Positions 60,431 through 64,000 of a stretch of 64,000 nucleotides of DNA are shown here, piece by piece. This DNA comes from an uncultured bacterium (GTDB taxonomy: Bacteria; Planctomycetota; UBA1135; GCA-002686595), in the NCBI GenBank assembly GCA_937910685.1, contig CALEMP010000021.1, positions 53,428-117,427 of the forward strand, given 5' to 3'. The notes under the pieces are model-generated. The model made no database searches and was not told the DNA's origin. It saw only the letters and a program-made list of their open reading frames with translations. The stretch's first letter is position 1, and the number at the start of each line of letters is the position of its first letter. The position numbers and the translations under genes were made by a program.

Positions 60431-60844
60431 GTGCAGAAGACAGCAAGCAGTCAAGCAGCCTGGGCACTCATCATGGAGGGTGTCACTCAGGCCCGCCTTG
60501 AATCCCATCGCCTCCGACATTTGGTTAACCGCACCCTGTCCCTGGTGGAGTCCTCCAAACAGAAGGAACACCTCTATCAGGTAGCCGGAGACGTGATTGT
60601 TGGTTGTCCTTCCAGGCTTGACGGTCTTGATCTTGCCCTGGATCGAACCGCACTCGCCCTTGCCAAGATGGGGGAAACCTACCTTGAGGCACGGCTTCCT
60701 TTCAGCGAGAAACAGCTCGTTGAAGATGCCGTGGACGCAGCATTTGGTGGTGGTATGACCCGTGAGTCCGTCGTAGATCGATTGGCTCGCAGGTGGCTTC
60801 ACAAGCGGGCAGGCAACTTGGAACACCTCAGTCGACGACGGTGA
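60431..60844 (+). CDS. hypothetical protein
   Basis: GTG start after GGAGG. 137 aa. 'DRLARRWLHK' near the C-terminus. Confidence 0.5.
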   Translation: MQKTASSQAAWALIMEGVTQARLESHRLRHLVNRTLSLVESSKQKEHLYQVAGDVIVGCPSRLDGLDLALDRTALALAKMGETYLEARLPFSEKQLVEDAVDAAFGGGMTRESVVDRLARRWLHKRAGNLEHLSRRR

Positions 60845-60850
60845 CCACCC

Positions 60851-63800
60851 GTGAGTGATCGATTCTCAGACCTGAAGCCTCAACTCGGCTGGCCCGGTGG
60901 TGTTTGCCACACGGTTCAGCGTATCGAGGACAAGGTTCGCAGTCCGCAACTGCGAGAGAAGCTTGTCGACAAGGTCGAGGATGGGGATAAGCTCACCAAC
61001 CCGGAGGCCCAGTCTGTCTACAGGTTGGAAGTTGAGAAGGGCACCAAAGCCAAACTCATTCAGACCATCCGCATTGTCCCACATGCCCAATACCGGATGG
61101 ACCAGAGATCCATAACGGTCCTTGACCTCCGACTCTCCCTGGGTGAGTTCGTCACGGCATTCTACAATGCCAAGAGCCAAGGCGACTATCAGTTCAAGGA
61201 CTGGGAAGAGGCTCTCAAACGTGGGGAACCTATCCGATGGGTTTCTTCGGCCTCTACTGGTCGACTGGTCGTGGTGTTCGCTTCCCAGGGACAGGGTGCA
61301 GTCAATATCATCAGCACCTTCTGGGATGGGGAGCCAGACCCACGCCCCCAGGATTGTGAAGTTCCACGTCAAGCAGGATATCGCGGTGACCCACAGGGCT
61401 ATCGGACCTTCGTAAAAGACCCTCACCCTCAGAAGTCAGACACCGATTCGGGAGCTTATAAGCTTCAGGGCCTACCTGCCCCGTGGAGCCGTTCTAAGCC
61501 GGTAACGAGCCCGACTACCTTCAACGGCCCAGGACCGTCAGGAACGGCTCCTGGTGGCCGTAGTGTCCACAAGGACATGGCTCGCACCAAAGGGGTGCCC
61601 GGTCAGAAACATCCTGACACTCCTGCACGACGCACCCCTGTTCGTCGTCCTGGTCTGGAAGCCTCAGATGAGGTTTTCTCCGACGAGGAGCTTGAAGGCA
61701 TCCTTGCAGAGATGTTCAAGATCAGTGGGATGTACCCACCTGCCTACCCGACGGGGGCAAAGCGTCAGAGGGCTCAAAGGGGTCAGGCCAAGAGGTACTT
61801 CAGGAAGCAGTATCGTCGTACACGTGGCAAATCCCTGATGAGGGCCAAGCGACGTTACAAGCGGTTGAAGAACAACGGCAGGTTCAGGGCTGACCGTAAA
61901 CGCCGTCGAAAGTCACCAGAGCGCTTCACACGTAAACCCGGTGGTGGTGCCCTGAGTGTAGCTGATCGTAGCAAGAAGTACCGGGAGAAGCAGAAGCGAC
62001 AAGCCTCAGCACTCTTGAGCCCCATCCCCTTCGTGTTCATGCCCACTGAGGAGGAGGGCGAAGTTCGCTCCGTGTCCCCGGATGGGATGGTGACCTTCAC
62101 CTTGGCAGGACGCTTTGAGCAACTCCCCTTCGACACCTTCATGGATGAAGCATTCATCTACGACGAAGCCGACCTGGAGGAGTTCTTTGCCTACCTGGAC
62201 GATCTGGTTGGCTTCGACCTCGATGGGGCAATGGATGCTCTTGAGGAAGGTGAAGGTGAAGAAGACGACGAGGACGACAATGACCCGTACTTTGATGCCT
62301 GGAATGAGGAGGGCATTGGTAAGGTCGCCATCAGCGTACAGTTCAGGGCACGCCCCAAGAAGCGTCAGCGTCGGCAGCGGGGTCAAGCCAAGGTCAAGCA
62401 GAAACAGTACTACCGCAAGAACAAGGCACGGGCGAAGTTGCGATCCCGGATGAGATACAAGCGGGTCAAGACCAACCCCGCTTTCAAGCGTCAGCAGAAG
62501 CACCGCAGGCGAAACAAGAACCTCTTCAAACGTCGTAACGCTCAAGTCCTGACCGTCCCTGAAATTGCTTTCGTCATCGGACGGACCCTGGATCTAGGAA
62601 TCGTCCATTCTGTCAGTCCCATGACTGGTTTGGTGACCTATCATCGTCGTTACGAATCCGGGTTGACCGACCGTTTTGAGTCCATGGCTGTTGCCCGCTT
62701 CCTTTACAGTGCCGTCTTTCTGACTGATGAGGACACGGACGCATTCTTTGAGCTGGTGGATGCCGAGCTTGACGATGAGGTTTTCCGCGAGGTGGATGCA
62801 GAAGCCTTGCGGGGTGGTGCGGACCTGGTTGGGATCGATTGTGATGATCCGGCTTTTCAGGCTCAGTGTGATACTCTGGTGGGGCATCACGACCTTGAAG
62901 CTATGACCCCTACGGAACTCGACCTGATAGACTCCCGACTCATCACCCGGTTTACCTATGGGACGGTCGACGATCTGCCTCATGATGATGAGATTCGGGA
63001 GGAGGAAGAGGCAGACCCTTACCTGCTTGACCCGACGGATGACGACCTCTTCTATGGCAAGGTCTGGCTTGAAGAAGAATACGAGAACGTGAGGTCAGCT
63101 TCCTACGACCCTGCGTCCTGGTACTACAGTGGGGAACCCGGACTGACACTCCAAACGATCATGGAGCGTTGGCAGGAGAACAGCCCCCGTCAGAAGTTGC
63201 TGGATGATGCCCAGCCCATATTTTTGACCGTGCGAGAGCTATGGCCCTTGCGGGAGTTCACCTGGACCAGGGACAAGGCACGGAATGGGTTCGCTCGCGT
63301 GCAGGGCAAGAACATCTGGTTGCCTGGGCCTGAGAAGTGGGATGTCCTCAAGGAGAACCTTAGAGAGTCAGGATGGGATGCCGACGAGCCCTTGTACCTG
63401 GAGATTGGTTCTGAGGGCGGGATCAAAGTAGGGGAGGGGAACCACCGACTTGCTTTGGCTAAGGAGCTGGGCCTGAGCAAGATCCCCGTGCAGATCTACT
63501 ACAGGACGGGCAAGGTCACTAAGAGCCCCATGCCCTCAAGAGATCCCATTGAGGAGGTGTCCCAAAGAGCGGTCACCAAGGCCATTGATCCCGTGAAACT
63601 CCAGGAGAAGCTCTCACCAGAGGCAGAGCAGGATCTCCAGGATTTGCTCAAGCTCCTCAAGTTCGGATTCTTCTATGAGAAACGTCCCCCGGAGATGGAC
63701 CCTGAGAATGTGTACGACCGTGCTCAGGACCGCAAGACTCATCCCGGTAGGGATCCTCGTCGTCCTTCGGAAGCACCCAACAACAATGGTGTAGTGGAAC

Positions 63801-64000
63801 GATCCAACCCAGGGTCCAGGGTCTTGCCCGGTGAGGGTGGACATGTGGACATGGGGCGTTGGAAGGTTGCCACCCTGATCCGTGACATCCAGAATGGTTG
63901 CGGTTCGGATCTTCTGAAGCGCTCCAAGAACTTGACTGTAAAGATCAGACGGGTCGACACGAAGAATGCGATGTGGCACTTCGCGGTGCCAGGTTCCAAG
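60851..64000 (+). CDS. 5' part (1050 codons, no stop in window) of a very large multi-domain protein; second polyvalent-type protein
   Basis: Not in the supplied ORF track. I translated frame 2 from GTG 60851 to nt 64000 by hand and found no stop codon. It contains a DUF4258-like domain, a duplicated Arg/Lys-rich module and a ParB-like domain. Confidence 0.8.
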   Translation, partial: MSDRFSDLKPQLGWPGGVCHTVQRIEDKVRSPQLREKLVDKVEDGDKLTNPEAQSVYRLEVEKGTKAKLIQTIRIVPHAQYRMDQRSITVLDLRLSLGEFVTAFYNAKSQGDYQFKDWEEALKRGEPIRWVSSASTGRLVVVFASQGQGAVNIISTFWDGEPDPRPQDCEVPRQAGYRGDPQGYRTFVKDPHPQKSDTDSGAYKLQGLPAPWSRSKPVTSPTTFNGPGPSGTAPGGRSVHKDMARTKGVPGQKHPDTPARRTPVRRPGLEASDEVFSDEELEGILAEMFKISGMYPPAYPTGAKRQRAQRGQAKRYFRKQYRRTRGKSLMRAKRRYKRLKNNGRFRADRKRRRKSPERFTRKPGGGALSVADRSKKYREKQKRQASALLSPIPFVFMPTEEEGEVRSVSPDGMVTFTLAGRFEQLPFDTFMDEAFIYDEADLEEFFAYLDDLVGFDLDGAMDALEEGEGEEDDEDDNDPYFDAWNEEGIGKVAISVQFRARPKKRQRRQRGQAKVKQKQYYRKNKARAKLRSRMRYKRVKTNPAFKRQQKHRRRNKNLFKRRNAQVLTVPEIAFVIGRTLDLGIVHSVSPMTGLVTYHRRYESGLTDRFESMAVARFLYSAVFLTDEDTDAFFELVDAELDDEVFREVDAEALRGGADLVGIDCDDPAFQAQCDTLVGHHDLEAMTPTELDLIDSRLITRFTYGTVDDLPHDDEIREEEEADPYLLDPTDDDLFYGKVWLEEEYENVRSASYDPASWYYSGEPGLTLQTIMERWQENSPRQKLLDDAQPIFLTVRELWPLREFTWTRDKARNGFARVQGKNIWLPGPEKWDVLKENLRESGWDADEPLYLEIGSEGGIKVGEGNHRLALAKELGLSKIPVQIYYRTGKVTKSPMPSRDPIEEVSQRAVTKAIDPVKLQEKLSPEAEQDLQDLLKLLKFGFFYEKRPPEMDPENVYDRAQDRKTHPGRDPRRPSEAPNNNGVVERSNPGSRVLPGEGGHVDMGRWKVATLIRDIQNGCGSDLLKRSKNLTVKIRRVDTKNAMWHFAVPGSK
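61028..61330 (+). other. domain: DUF4258-like (putative RelE-superfamily-like RNase toxin domain)
   Basis: 'IVPHAQYRMDQRSITVLDLRLSLGE...GRLVVVFASQGQGAVNIISTFW' fits H..RM..R.I....V...L ... vvv ... iiT(v/f)(y/w). Confidence 0.45.
61757..61918 (+). repeat. basic-arm repeat copy 1
   Basis: 'AKRQRAQRGQAKRYFRKQYRRTRGKSLMRAKRRYKRLKNNGRFRADRKRRRK'. Confidence 0.85.
62345..62539 (+). repeat. basic-arm repeat copy 2
   Basis: 'RPKKRQRRQRGQAKVKQKQYYRKNKARAKLRSRMRYKRVKTNPAFKRQQKHRRRNKNLFKRRN'. It aligns with copy 1 (KRQR.QRGQAK...YRK...R.RYKR.K.N..F....K.RR). Confidence 0.85.
63233..63505 (+). other. domain: ParB/sulfiredoxin-fold
   Basis: 'LTVRELWPLREF...', 'LYLEIGSEGGIKVGEGNHRLALAKELGLSKIPVQIYY' (canonical G.GNHR..A...G...IPV). 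Confidence 0.65.

Noticed and set aside
60866-63480. Series of minus-strand ORFs (60866..61426, 61855..62157, 62006..62545, 62594..62983, 63190..63480)
   Set aside because: They tile the antisense of a single + frame that stays open for 1050 codons and contains recognisable domains. They are individually short, motif-free and on the opposite strand to every neighbouring gene.
1-64000. CRISPR arrays, rRNA genes, integrase/att sites, transposase-type IS elements
   Set aside because: I noticed no regularly spaced direct repeats, no rRNA-like sequence, and no tyrosine/serine recombinase or DDE transposase text in any long ORF. The only mobile elements supported are the two inteins and the homing-endonuclease cassette.

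Overview
The window reads as one contiguous piece of a large, moderately GC-rich tailed-phage or prophage genome. It holds about 65 tightly packed genes, all but one on the + strand, many joined by ATGA/GTGA/TGATG start-stop overlaps. No rRNA, tRNA or CRISPR array was found.

**Layout**
- **0-21.8 kb, nucleotide metabolism and replication/recombination:** an intein-containing class II RNR, a RecD2-like helicase, a gp32-like SSB, a RuvC-like resolvase and RecA. Also an SbcC/Rad50 that appears split into two genes flanking SbcD/Mre11, an HNH nuclease, a Cas4-like nuclease, a beta clamp, a Toprim primase core and a DnaX clamp loader.
- **21.7-23.4 kb, transcription:** a NusG-like protein followed by an unusual protein made of a duplicated sigma region-4 module.
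- **24-32 kb, probable tail/adsorption genes:** H-type-lectin-like repeats and a beta-helix spike.
- **32.1-53.5 kb, packaging and head module:** terminase, portal, a 2086-aa multi-enzyme polyvalent ORF, a charged 802-aa protein, an intein-containing putative prohead protease, an acidic EF-hand scaffold-like protein, and the capsid gene with strong terminators.
- **53.6-56.0 kb, inserted-looking cassette:** a LAGLIDADG endonuclease fused to a DNA methyltransferase, plus the only minus-strand gene.
- **58.1-58.55 kb:** a structured non-coding stretch.
- **60851 to the window edge:** an ORF absent from the supplied track, because it has no stop codon in the window. It is open for 1050 codons and looks like a second polyvalent protein.

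**Most interesting candidates**
- The post-portal polyvalent protein carries a CCA-adding nucleotidyltransferase plus 2H-phosphoesterase module, a type IB topoisomerase, and GGCT, Ntn-hydrolase, transglutaminase-like, GNAT and ParB-like domains.
- A short RVAxRYL-like peptide motif recurs across the structural proteins.

All functional calls come from reading motifs in the translations by eye. No database search was run.
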